The translations under genes and the position numbers were made by a program. Shown piece after piece: positions 1 to 10,909 of a DNA stretch of 64,000 nucleotides. Under the pieces are notes generated by a model. That model saw nothing but the letters and a program-made list of their open reading frames with translations. It was not told the origin of the DNA and made no database searches. The stretch's first letter is position 1; each line of letters begins with the position of its first letter. The DNA is from Seison nebaliae (lineage: Eukaryota). Location of the stretch: the NCBI GenBank assembly GCA_023231475.1, contig JALJEE010003214.1, positions 1-64,000 on the forward strand. Direction: 5' to 3'.

Positions 1-59
1 CCAGTTCCCAAGAATCAGAAAAAAAATCAAAATGACGTCGAATCATTCCGTCCGATTTG

Positions 60-1163
60 TGTTTCCAATTGTCTCATTAAGATCATGGAAAAAATTGTAA
101 AAAATAGATATTCGGAAATATTACATTCATCTGCTCTCCAATTTGTCACCCATTGTTCGGTTAGAGGAACGCTGTCGATTATCTTATTAATCCGATATTT
201 CATCTCGATGTCCCGATCTTCAAAACAAAATTTCTTAGTTTGTTTTCTGGATGCATCGACGGGCGTTTGATTCAGCGGCGCTCGATGTCGGTTTGGACAT
301 TCTTGGTAGTAGAGGTATGGATGTATATTCACTCGAATTCATTAGGAAATTATCAGTGGAGTCTACTGGAGTAGTTAAATGGAACTCTAGGTTAAGTGGA
401 TTGTTTAACATCAACAGAAGACTAAGACAGGGATCAATTCCAACAACACTTTCGTATGTTGTTGGAAGTGATGGACATCAAACTAGCAGCATGTGGAATT
501 GAATGTAATAAGAGGAAATCAAAGTTGCTAAATAATAATATAATTAGTGGAAAGTATTCTCGTCTTAAATCGATGTGTTGTAACGAGACTGTCTTTCTTG
601 GTTGTCTGATAGATAAAAGGAAAAGAAGTTCTTCGTTTGTCGACAGCATTCGTCGTAAATTCATCAAAAGCTTCTACTCCTTTCATCATAGATGTAAATA
701 TCTCCCTCTCAAATTGAAGATAAAATTGTTCTTTACCTTCTGTTGCGGTTTCTATGAACTCCAAGATATTTCCAATAAATCCATAGACTCCTTAGACAAA
801 GCGTATAATCGGTGCATTCGAATCTTACTCGGTCGTCCTAGATCTTTTTGCAGAGCTCTGATGTTTTCCATTGTAGAACTACCTTCTTTTCCGGTGGTTC
901 TGCTTGAGACGTATCTCTCGTTGTCGGAAAACATTTTGACATCGCCGTTTCCGGTTCCGGAATTTCTGCAATGTGAACAATTTAATTCTCCACTCCATTA
1001 TTTTTGCACTTGTTCCATATCTTTTTCTGTAATGGCGACGATGAACTTAGCTTTAGCACCATTCAACATCTTACCATCGAAGTTCTTCTCAATACGAGAG
1101 ATCTGGCGGGGAGAGACTTCTTTCTTTTTCATACTGTATATGCTTCGATGTCGTCCAGCTTGA
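60..1163 (+). mobile_element. Decayed non-LTR (LINE-type) retrotransposon reverse transcriptase, C-terminal part, frameshifted
   Basis: Three overlapping ORF pieces give RT motifs in order: VCFLDAS/RAFD (split by a frameshift near 255), RRLRQGS, then NKRKSKLL...FLGCLID and a post-RT region (AYNRCIRILLG). The YADD catalytic segment is not seen between QGS and the KSK motif. Confidence 0.75.
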
Positions 1164-1890
1164 CCTGATTCCGAACATTGAAGACCAATATTCTTCTGGT
1201 AACAAGATCAGACGAGCTCTTCTTATAACCAAGGACGGACTCATCAATACCACCAATTCCGGTTTTCGCTTTGAGATTGGTGAAATTTCGCCGTTTACCA
1301 TTCGACTTGTTAGGTTCTCCGGACGGTTTTTTGCCATTTTTCTTTGAGATCTCGTCGACCTTAACTTGTTTTTTTTTCATATTATCTTCTTTCTTTTTCT
1401 GTTTTTTTTTCTTATCGATCTGATGACGATTGACAGTTACATTTTGGATTGGATCATCAGATTGTTCGTTAGCTGACAGATCAACCATTCTAACTTCAGG
1501 GTTTTCTTTACCCATACAATCACTACTACTCCGATAGTTATTGGTTTGGCGGATCAATACAAGCTGCGCCATTACCTCCTCCAATGACCGTTCAAAGGCA
1601 GCGATCCTTTCAACGTTCGACTGGACGACCATCAACAACCTTCCGTTGTCAACTTTCATACTATTAATATTTTCCGTAATAGTATCCATTCGATCTACTA
1701 ATGACGCCAGTTGAGCCTCAATTAATTCCTCAGCAGAATCACCCCAGGTTTTCAACCTCTTCGCAGCTCGGGGGATCGATTCTCGACAAGAAACAACTGC
1801 TGTATTCTTCATCTCTGTTTCGGAATCGGACGAATCACCATTATAATCAGTTGACTGGGAACCTCCATCTTCACTTGTTCCAGGACTCAT
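1129..1890 (-). mobile_element. ORF1/gag-like fragment of a non-LTR retroelement (acidic N-terminus, coiled coil, Lys-rich linker, start of RRM-like segment)
   Basis: 253-aa ORF with heptad-like LASLVDRMDTITENINSMKVDNGRLL, a poly-Lys linker and RRILVFNVRNQVKLDDIEAY. It ends where it runs into the RT remnant on the opposite strand. Confidence 0.45.
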
Positions 1891-2397
1891 TATTATTATT
1901 AAGATTCAGATTCCGTATATCTTGTATCTTACAACAATTCGAATTCAAATTTTTGAAAAATTTGTTTTTTTTGAATATTACCCAAAATTACCTTATTTAC
2001 CCAAAATTGGGATTGTATTCTTAATAAATAATAATAAATTACTTAACAATCAAATGAGAAAATGAGGAATCGAAGTTCTTGGTCAGATGATGAAGTTCCT
2101 GAGAAGAAAATGCATTTCGAATTTAGATAGAATGATAATCCAAATTTTTCAGTTTTAAATATAATTCACTTTTCAGATTTAATTCTTCGTTTAGTTTCCT
2201 TAATTAGTTAATCATTTAAAGTTGTATTAAGTTCTACCATTATTTTGGGAGGGAGACGAAAAAAATTTGAAACAATTCCAAGAAAATTTTCGAACAATAG
2301 ACTTTCGTATTAGATTGGGTTATATGGGCAACTATTGTTCGACTTTACGATAATTAAAAAATTAAAATTCCGCACAATAACGAGAGAAAGTAGAAAA

Positions 2398-4323
2398 ATG
2401 TCTTCAAAAAATCGAAGAAGTGACAGTTTCAATTTTTCGATGGAATTGAAACATCGCACACCGAACAATACGCCGAACAAACGTCGGTTTCTTCCGAAAG
2501 TGATTCGTGAAGAATCGGTGAAGAAAACGAGAAAGAGACATGTGACTAGTTTCTTCCTCACGAAATCATTAAATGAAGTGATGGGTGGAACAGTAGAAGA
2601 GAAGAAAGAATCGTCAATCGAAGAAGACAATAAATGGATACCTCGATTGAATTATTTAGCGAATCATTTGGGAATTGGAAGGAAGACGTTTCTCCAATTC
2701 ATCTCCGATCCGATGGATCACGACGAGACTTGGCGGACTTTCGTTTATGGTAATGTACAGGGAGTAAAAATCAACGAAACTTCATCAACCAAAATCGAAG
2801 AGAATGACATGTCGTGTGTGATGAAAGCAAAAGAATTGTCACAAACCGATGACGAGGATATGTTGGAGGAAATTATTGAAACGATCGAAGATGAACTACT
2901 TCAACCCAGTTCGTCTTATAGTCGAGATACAAGTTTCGGTCGACGAGTCGGTCCCGAAGTCTTCCACAATTATTGGAGACAATTCGTTTATTCATCGCCC
3001 GAAAAATCCATCACACCATTACCATGGGAAATGTTCATTTATCATTCGGAGAAGACTGTGAATAAAACGTTCGTAAGTGAAGTGGAGAGAGCTCACAAAT
3101 ATTTCCCGTTTAATATTCTTCCGAATGAGACAACGGAAAGCTCGCCGAAACGTTTCCAGAACGAACAATTCAAATCTAACAATTTCGCTTTATACAACTC
3201 ACAATCGGATGCTTATCCTGATCGTCAATTAGTGTTCGGTGCGAATGCTCACAAACAACTCAACTTATTGAAACGATGGCAATGTCCGAATAAAATGAAG
3301 AATTCCACCGTTACCATGCCAACGTATGACGGGTCAGCAGTTTCTGTCGATCTGCTCAAAGGAATGAAGGAAGACGAACCATGGTGGTATTGTAACACGG
3401 CGAAATGTTTCTGTGATGAGACTTGTGAATATTGTTCTCAATTCTTCAATATCAGCAGTTTCGATATTGATGACGCATTCCGATCTCATACCACTTTGGG
3501 ATCGAGATATCCGAATGATTCATTTCCGAAAGAAGTCGAACCAATTTCAACGGAGGCACTTCACAGTTGGTTAGAATTCAGTAAAAAGAAGAATCTGATG
3601 ACGATTCGTCCACTTTTACAAAAGTCTCAGAAGGTTCATCGTCGCACTTTGCCAAATAAACATTTATGTATGCCTGATATTGGTTCGAAAGACTTAGCTG
3701 AAAAAGTGACTTATAGTCAACTGGTTCGGTCGAATCTCAACGAACAACCCAGTAAATTCAGTGCTGTCGAACAATCGTTACAAGATGTTCGCACTTGGCA
3801 AACGAAACGACATCAACCGCCGTCCAAACGACTTATGAAAGATTTCTTCTTTAATAAAATCAATGCGACACAAACCGAACATGTTCTCATACCAGACAGC
3901 AAGCCAACAATACGTCAATTAATTGCATTACGACCATCAACGAGTAGGGACGACGATGAAATGTTACGAAATGCTCGACTATCAGTCTCTCTCAAAAAAG
4001 ATGTACCTGACGTCTATGAAGATGCTGATTCTTCTAAATTTATGTTACCAAACTCAGATCAAAATTATACGGTCCGTTTACCAACTTCTAAGAAATTGGA
4101 AAGTTGCTTCGATTTACCGAATGTGAATGATATGAAATCGTTGCGATCTTTCCGCAATCGAAGTCGAATACAACGCTTAGGCACATTGAACGCTTTATCT
4201 CAATATTATAATGGGAGCATGTCGAAGAATATGTCGAGAATCGGTGCCGTCGTTCCCATTGCCCCGAACGGAAAGAAGAAAGTGTTGGTCGAATCTATCG
4301 CAACTTATCGGAAGTTACCATAA
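2398..4323 (+). CDS. Uncharacterised single-exon protein (~640 aa)
   Basis: Long uninterrupted ORF; first ATG at 2398; small Cys cluster WWYCNTAKCFCDETCEYC; AATAAA ~100 nt after the stop. No family recognised. Confidence 0.75.
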   Translation: MSSKNRRSDSFNFSMELKHRTPNNTPNKRRFLPKVIREESVKKTRKRHVTSFFLTKSLNEVMGGTVEEKKESSIEEDNKWIPRLNYLANHLGIGRKTFLQFISDPMDHDETWRTFVYGNVQGVKINETSSTKIEENDMSCVMKAKELSQTDDEDMLEEIIETIEDELLQPSSSYSRDTSFGRRVGPEVFHNYWRQFVYSSPEKSITPLPWEMFIYHSEKTVNKTFVSEVERAHKYFPFNILPNETTESSPKRFQNEQFKSNNFALYNSQSDAYPDRQLVFGANAHKQLNLLKRWQCPNKMKNSTVTMPTYDGSAVSVDLLKGMKEDEPWWYCNTAKCFCDETCEYCSQFFNISSFDIDDAFRSHTTLGSRYPNDSFPKEVEPISTEALHSWLEFSKKKNLMTIRPLLQKSQKVHRRTLPNKHLCMPDIGSKDLAEKVTYSQLVRSNLNEQPSKFSAVEQSLQDVRTWQTKRHQPPSKRLMKDFFFNKINATQTEHVLIPDSKPTIRQLIALRPSTSRDDDEMLRNARLSVSLKKDVPDVYEDADSSKFMLPNSDQNYTVRLPTSKKLESCFDLPNVNDMKSLRSFRNRSRIQRLGTLNALSQYYNGSMSKNMSRIGAVVPIAPNGKKKVLVESIATYRKLP

Positions 4324-4498
4324 TCAAATTTCACATAAATGTTTTCATATTTTATTCCGATCTTGTCCTAACGAGATTTATCTCATTGTTTATCTTAAAA
4401 AGTATATTCAATTTATGTTTTAAATAAATTTTTTCTACTATTATGAATCATTTCTTTTAGCTCAACAGAAAAAATTGGAAAAAATTAATAATTATTTT

Positions 4499-4535
4499 GG
4501 GCTTGCGTAGCGCAGTAGTCTACGCACGTTCCACG
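4499..4535 (+). repeat. Isolated 5' head of the SINE-like element
   Basis: GGGCTTGCGTAGCGCAGTAGTCTACGCACGTTCC aligns to the heads of the copies at 4583 and 10304. Confidence 0.6.
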
Positions 4536-4582
4536 CATTTATGCGAAACAACGTATCCTGCATTCGATACGAAAATTATATA

Positions 4583-4740
4583 GGGGAGTGCGTTGCGCAG
4601 TGGTCTATGCATGTTCCCAACGGCACAACCATTGAGACGGACGTCTCAAGAAAGGTAGGGGTCTCCTATCAGTGATCGTAAGGAAGGAGATCACTCAAAC
4701 AATATTCAATTGCCCAGATTGGGATTTCAAAAAAAAAAAA
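4583..4740 (+). mobile_element. SINE-like element, copy 1 (tRNA-like A-box head, hairpin body, poly-A tail)
   Basis: Head GGGGAGTGCGTTGCGCAGTGGTCTA resembles the tRNA A-box TAGCNCAGTGG; A12 tail at 4729-4740; AAAATTATA on both flanks (possible TSD); clearly homologous to 10130-10304 on the minus strand. Confidence 0.75.
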
Positions 4741-4990
4741 TTATAACATAAATTTAAAAATTACTAACGATTTCTTTCTTGAAATAGTAAATTTTAGTCA
4801 ACTTTTAAAAATTTTCATCTAATATAAGACAATTATCAAAGCTTTTTATTAACTAAAACTCAAATTTGAAGTAATTCATTAAAGGAATCCTTTAGAAGTT
4901 TTCCAACAGGAGGCAGATTCCTTTCTAACATCCATTTATCTTCACACTTATAATTTTGCGTGCTTAATGGAAAGGTAAATGCAATTTAAA

Positions 4991-5187
4991 ATATTTACGC
5001 GAACTGCTGTACAATAGGAAACATAATTTCCATAAAAATTATCAGGATTCCGTACAACTCATATTTGCACGATAAACACAAGTAATATTACTGAGTGTTG
5101 ACAATCCGATGGCTCGTCGAGCACATACTTCCACTTATCCCTGTGCTTTGGTTAATCTCAAGGAGAAATTGTGAACCTGTTTTTTTT
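4991..5187 (-). ncRNA. Candidate divergent U1-like (U1/U11 architecture) Sm-class snRNA with an oligo-A 5' end
   Basis: Minus strand reads: AAAAAAAA-CAGG; SL1 with loop GAUUAACCAAAG (cf. U1-70K loop GAUCACGAAG); SL2 stem UAUGUGCUCGA/UCGUGCAAAUA with apical CAACACUCA (cf. AUUGCACUCC); CCUG closing the junction; directly followed by AUAAUUUUUAUGG (Sm-site-like); 3' hairpin containing GUUCGC as in U1 SL4. Structure was folded by eye; ends are approximate. Confidence 0.6.
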
Positions 5188-5439
5188 GAAAATCGATTTT
5201 TTTTCTTATTCAATTACATATTATATTCAATAATTATTCTTACATTACACAAATGATAGATCGGTGAAAACTTTAAAGATCCGACGAATAAGGGGTAGTT
5301 GGAAAGTTTTAAGCAAATACTTTTCTCTTCTAATCGATCTTATCGATTTTCCTGTTGTTAGAGAAACCGGAAGAAAAAATGAGTTTAATTCAGAGAAACA
5401 ATTCTAAACAAAAAAAGTGAATTGTTCGTTTTGCAGGAA

Positions 5440-7011
5440 ATGTTATTTAGGAAATGGTACAAGATTTCTCCTCTCATCATAACCATTCTCATTTCTATCA
5501 TTTATTACGACTGGAATTTAAATTCAAAAAACGTCGAAACTTCAAAAATTTCTCAACCAGAACGTTTCCGATTATTCGGCAGTGTCCTCCATTGTTTTGA
5601 GAATGCAGCAATTTTATCAGAAGAGAATAAATGTATTTTACGATCAATTCTCATCGATAAAGAGACGAAGAAAGACGTTTTGAAAGAAAAGAAGATTTGT
5701 TTGATCAATTTGGGCAATATGGAACGATATCAATCGGAGAGTATTATTCATATCTTGAATGATCACACAGTATTTGGTGTACATTTATATATTGTGGAAT
5801 GTATTTTCAACAAGAAATATATTTATGGAAAGAATAAAATCGAAATAAAATTATTCTCAAAGAAATCGAAAAAACCGTTAAAACGACATAAACCGATAGT
5901 GAGTGTTAAAGAATTCGATTTGATTTATTATCAGAATTCAAATAATTTATTCATTTGGAATACTTGTATTTGTACCTCACCAATTGTCCTAAGTAATCTG
6001 GGAGATGTTCACGATTTTCTGACATATATTTATCAATATTCATATCTCAAAATCTCGGCAATTTTCATTTATTATACGAAAGAAGTTCATCATTATCTCA
6101 AATTGGTGAAAGAGAACTTGGATAAATTTCAATTGGAATTTTCAACAATTTTCAAATTAATCGAATTCGATTTGAAAGATTTAGAACAAAAAGTTGAAAG
6201 TGATAAATTATTAATAACAAATTACTGTTTATCGACGAATAAATATCGATGTAAGTCGTTCATAATTGGAGATCCTGATGAGATTATTCTTCCAGAAAAT
6301 CTTCTCCATTCTTCTACTCTGTCAAGACCAATCGATTATTATTCATTTCTTCTCAATACAACTCATAATTATAATTCGTTGAAAAACCCATTTCAACGTT
6401 GTTCCATATTCGACGGTCATATAGCATTAAAAGAAGAGGACGAAATTATTTTAATGAAGAAAATGAAATCCACTTTCCATAATCATCTTCAATCTTTTAC
6501 AGTCAAATTTTCAAACTTCATCAGAATTCAAGTCTCGACCGTTTACGACCCAAAATATAACGTCCTGCCATTCCCCGAATATTTTCGAGAATTGGATGAG
6601 AAGTTATCCGAATTTAACAAACTCAAAAAGAGAAGTGAATTTAAAGGAAAACGATTCTTACGAGGAATCGCTTTTAAGAATCCTCGTTTTTCAGGACAAC
6701 GAAAATATTTTTGTCGATCTCCTCATCTTGTCGGTTTCAATACTCATCAAAGCGTCCAAACCCTTTCACAATATCGAGATAAAACGGCGGACAGGCAAAT
6801 TTCAGTAGATCATCTCCTCTCAAAAGAATTTCAAACAACTAAAGAAACTGTCTTATCGAGTTTCGTTCCAAAATTCGTTGGAATCAATTTACATCATCGG
6901 ATCAGTATGAAATCTTTATGGAAGAAATCGATTGAAAAAAATAATTATCATTACTCTGATTTCTATTTCATCCATTTTGCTAATGTTTCACTAAATTTCT
7001 GGTTACAATAA
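5440..7011 (+). CDS. Type II membrane glycosyltransferase family 92 (DUF23)-like protein
   Basis: N-terminal signal-anchor (LIITILISIIYY), CICTSPI and NYCL...FIIGDPDEIILP (DxDE motif typical of GT92); single exon; ATG at 5440. Confidence 0.65.
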   Translation: MLFRKWYKISPLIITILISIIYYDWNLNSKNVETSKISQPERFRLFGSVLHCFENAAILSEENKCILRSILIDKETKKDVLKEKKICLINLGNMERYQSESIIHILNDHTVFGVHLYIVECIFNKKYIYGKNKIEIKLFSKKSKKPLKRHKPIVSVKEFDLIYYQNSNNLFIWNTCICTSPIVLSNLGDVHDFLTYIYQYSYLKISAIFIYYTKEVHHYLKLVKENLDKFQLEFSTIFKLIEFDLKDLEQKVESDKLLITNYCLSTNKYRCKSFIIGDPDEIILPENLLHSSTLSRPIDYYSFLLNTTHNYNSLKNPFQRCSIFDGHIALKEEDEIILMKKMKSTFHNHLQSFTVKFSNFIRIQVSTVYDPKYNVLPFPEYFRELDEKLSEFNKLKKRSEFKGKRFLRGIAFKNPRFSGQRKYFCRSPHLVGFNTHQSVQTLSQYRDKTADRQISVDHLLSKEFQTTKETVLSSFVPKFVGINLHHRISMKSLWKKSIEKNNYHYSDFYFIHFANVSLNFWLQ

Positions 7012-7111
7012 ATTACATTGTTCATTTGATGCGAAAGAAAACTGTTGTAATCATGAAATATTGACGAAAAGTAATATTTATATTATTATATTATTGAATA
7101 ATTATAATTAT

Positions 7112-7183
7112 TCCCATGTGGTCTAGGGGTTAGGATTTCGCCCTCTCACGGCGACGGCCCGGGTTCGATTCCCGGCGTGGGAG
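7112..7183 (+). tRNA. tRNA-Glu, anticodon CTC
   Basis: Acceptor stem TCCCATG/CGTGGGA, anticodon arm TCGCC-ctCTCac-GGCGA, T-loop GGTTCGATTCC, T-rich tract downstream. Confidence 0.95.
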
Positions 7184-7324
7184 ATAATATTTTCTTTCTA
7201 ACAAATATACGCGTATAAAATTATATTTCAAACTTATAGGAGTTGATATTTTTAATTGTTAAAAGACGAATTTTTATCCGAGACATTAGACCTAACATAA
7301 TATCTATCGGTAATAGTTAACTAT

Positions 7325-7625
7325 TATTATTATTAATTTAAGTATAATTCCAATTAGGATAAATTATAAAAAAACACGTGAGATCTGCTAATTGTTGCTG
7401 CGGATGAGTCCACGGCCAGGTTGATCTTTTGGATAACTTGAAATTAATTGACATATTTCTGGCATCAGTTAAAGATGAAGGATGATTCAATTGGTAATAT
7501 GAACAAAAATAATGAACAGGTGAATTAAATTCTTGATATTGATAGAATTTCGCAAAGTAAAAGGCTGACTTGAAAACATGAGAGCTTTGCAAAACAACCT
7601 GATTGATATCGGAGAAACGTATCAA
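7325..7625 (-). mobile_element. 3' end remnant of a non-LTR element ORF2 related to the element at 60-1163
   Basis: Peptide QEFNSPVHYFCSY matches EQFNSPLHYFCTC of the 456-1163 ORF; followed by a (TAA)n-like tail. Confidence 0.55.
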
Positions 7626-8051
7626 TCGGAAATATTTCGATGCCGAAGGAATGATTTTATTCCATTCAAAGTTGATTAATGCAAATGTCGGAGATCTTGT
7701 TCTCGTTTCATTCGAGAGAAATAATATGGTTTATGGTAATCTCTTAGAAATTGAAGAAGAGAAAGTTCCCATGGAAACGATTTAAGTGAGGATATATCGT
7801 GTTCGATTAACTGTCTTCATCATTTATTAATGGTATTAATACTATTAATCTTCATCTTCATTATCAGTATAATCGCCTTCACTGATAAGAACCTAAATAA
7901 ACGAAAATTTAAAATATCACTGTGATTAAAAATTTTAAGTTTATTTTTGTTTATTATATTTTTTTTTTAAATTTTATTTGAAAATTTGAATTTTATAATA
8001 AAGAAAAATTTATTTTAATTTAGAAAAAAAGAAAAAAATTCGATTTTTGAC

Positions 8052-8552
8052 ATGTCTTTGGATACTAATAATTCTGATGATGTGGAGTACGAAGAGTTGT
8101 CCGAAATTGACAATGATGCTGATTCAATTGGTGAATGCAAGAAAGAAACGGGAAGACCGAAAAGTTCTAAAAATTCTTGTACACCTTCCACGAATAAAAA
8201 AACCTACTTGGGTACAGGTGTAGATTGTTATTGTTCGATCAAAAGAACGGAATTGGTATCAATCGAATTAGAACTAGATCGTTTGCTTTCCGAGAATGTG
8301 GAGTACAAGAAGGACATGGTTGTTCTCTCAGAAAAATTGACGGAAATATATGAAGAAGTAAAAAAAATCGACGAAAAATTATCGTCAAATATTGTTCAGC
8401 GAGAGAGCTTAAACAATTTGTATAGAGCAATTACTCACGATTCCATCAATTCTGTTCCTGTAGCTAATGAGAATACCAAGATTAATAACAAGAAAAACTT
8501 ATTGAATAAGAAAAAAAATCGATTTTCAAAAAAAACAAAAAATCATCGATGA
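8052..8552 (+). mobile_element. Second ORF1-like fragment (acidic N-terminus, coiled coil, Lys-rich end)
   Basis: Same architecture as 1129-1890 and adjacent to the LINE remnant; no direct sequence identity verified. Confidence 0.35.
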
Positions 8553-10129
8553 GAGCAATCAAAAACTATTTTTAAGAGAGGTTATGGATTTTTCGGAGAA
8601 TCTAACTTTTCACAAATTTGGAATGAAAATAACAATAAGTAAAATAACTCTTGCTCAATTTCATAATCATTTCTCTTAAAAATTTGTTAGAATTTATCGA
8701 AATGAAGAATGATTATTACTTTTATTTATTACTTTATCAATTTTATTCTTTGGGTGTAATTTCTAACTTACAAGTCAATCAGTCAAACTAACTTGTTAGT
8801 TTTCGGTCATTTTTTCTTATAAAAAAATAGTTAAATTTGAGTTATACTCACACTAGGGACATTATGATTAATTTGAAACTTGATTAGTTTTTCTTCCATA
8901 GCATGTAAAATGTCGTTACTTGTAGTTGTAACTAACAACGGAACACCCAAAAACTTCTGGTGAAATAGGAAGGAATTTTTCATGGTAAATCTTCCATAAA
9001 GACGCAATTGAGGAATGTCCGAAGATGATCGGCGAGATTTGTTGTGAATAAAAAATTTAACAAAAAAAGTTTATTGAAACTATTAATGATGATAATGAAT
9101 ATGATATTATTAAATAAAGTTCAACATAATTAATGTACTGAATAAGATTTCTCTATATATGGTATTCTTTCAGATAGCAATACGGTTAAGATCGTTTATT
9201 CTTCCTCATAAATTCCAATAGCACGGCGATATCTTGTAATGACTAATGGTAATTGACTAATTGAAATTCTATCAAATAAAAAAGTATTTAAATACATTTA
9301 AATTTATAACACAAACTTTTTATCGGTGGCAGGCGATTAATATATTCGTAAATATTACCAAACATCAAATTACCAAATGAACAGTTTAGTATATTCTGAA
9401 TAGAGTTCAATCAATTCAGCAGTCTTTGCTGCTGAATTGAACTTGGATCAACGGAGGCAATGGAATAATAACTCATTTTTTGTTATTCCATTGACTCCGA
9501 GATAAAATTATGACATTGAACTCAACATAATCTTAAAATAAAAATTTCTCCAATAGTAAATTGAAATGGTCTTAAAAATTATTGCGCTTCTTATAGTGTC
9601 TCTGACAATATGAAGGAAGTGCGCTTTAGTAATCGAAACTAAATCCGCCCAACTATTTTTAGTTTCTATTGTCATAAAGTTTATTTCGAAAAGAGTTTAA
9701 GAATATTAATTACACATATCGTTGTGAATCGGTTTAGGTGAAGGAAATCTTAATCACTTAAGATGTTTAACCTCATAATCGAATTACCATATTTGGATCG
9801 GTTTGTTTAAAGACGCAAATAAAAATTTTACAACTTACAAAAAATAACTGTTCTAGAATACAGATAGTGTCTAATGTTTAACAGGAAATAAAATAAAACA
9901 AAGAAAAATAGAATAATAATTCTTAAAAAGAATGATGAAAAACGAAAGGAATCCTAATATCTTTTTCTCCAATTTGTTTCTACCAATGATAAATATGCAG
10001 ATATGTTCCCAAGTTCATTTAACCACTTATAACTTTCTTCTTAACATATTTGGTGATAATTTGGAGATTGGAGATCTGTCTGCATTCATCATATTTCCAC
10101 TCTATAAATTTCATTATGACAATGTAGCA

Positions 10130-10304
10130 TTCTTTTTCTTTTTTGAAAATCACAATCTGGGCAATTGAATATTGTTTGAGCGATCTCCTTCCTTTACGGT
10201 CAGTGATAGGAGATCGCTACCTTTTGTGAGACGTCTGTCTCAATCGATCAACGATGCATTGTGACGTTAGGAACGTACATAGACCACTGCGTTACGCACG
10301 CCCC
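10130..10304 (-). mobile_element. SINE-like element, copy 2
   Basis: Reverse complement GGGGCGTGCGTAACGCAGTGGTCTATGTACGTTCC...GGAAGGAGATCGCTCAAACAATATTCAATTGCCCAGATTGTGATTTTCAAAAAAGAAAAA aligns to 4583-4740, with a short internal insertion. Confidence 0.75.
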
Positions 10305-10627
10305 TGGATTTTTGTTTAGAACGCACTTATTTTTAGAAGAAAATAAGAAAAAAACGTTGAAAAACCGAGCTTGCACAGCGAAATGGTTTAGACATATCAG
10401 AAAATTAGGAGGTCGTAGATAACTCGTACTTTTCCAACATCTGCTTAAACATATCGCTGACCGTAATGGATGAGATTGATCAAAAAATTCAAATTGGATT
10501 AATGGAGTTCTCATAAAGAAAATGAATGCCACAATATAGTATCTCAAAAACAAGACTGCATGGAAGTAATAATCTAAAATTATAAGTTAAGTTCCAATTA
10601 TATATAAATTTTTAAACAAATTAATAA

Positions 10628-10700
10628 GGCCGCGTGGCCCAATGGACAAGGCGTCCGACTTCGAATCGGAAGATTGCAGGTTCGAGTCCTGCCGTGGTCG
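10628..10700 (+). tRNA. tRNA-Arg, anticodon TCG
   Basis: GGCCGCG/CGTGGTC acceptor stem, anticodon arm TCCGA-ctTCGaa-TCGGA, GGTTCGAGTCC T-arm, TTTTT terminator just downstream. Confidence 0.95.
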
Positions 10701-10909
10701 TAAAATTTTTGTTCCAAGTTTTTCCAAGATCATTAATTTTTATTATGTTTCACGAAAAGGTTTCTCATCCAAAATTATTTTCCCATCAAAATTGTCTTTT
10801 ACATGATGGTCGATAACTTTACTAAAATATACTATGATAAAGTTTATTCAATGAGTTCTATTCTTACTTTGTAGAACATTTTCCAATAACTTCATATTAT
10901 TATCATATA

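Noticed and set aside
8880..9800. Possible further decayed transposon coding sequence
   Set aside because: Composition looks foreign but no interpretable motif was found in any frame.
9828..9838. TTACAACTTAC, partial resemblance to a rotifer spliced-leader sequence as I recall it
   Set aside because: Short AT-rich match with no following donor or Sm site.
10248..10553. 101-aa minus-strand ORF
   Set aside because: Its C-terminus is translated SINE head; no protein features.
10634..10816. 60-aa ORF MAQWTRRPTSNRKIAGSSP
   Set aside because: Translation of the tRNA-Arg gene.
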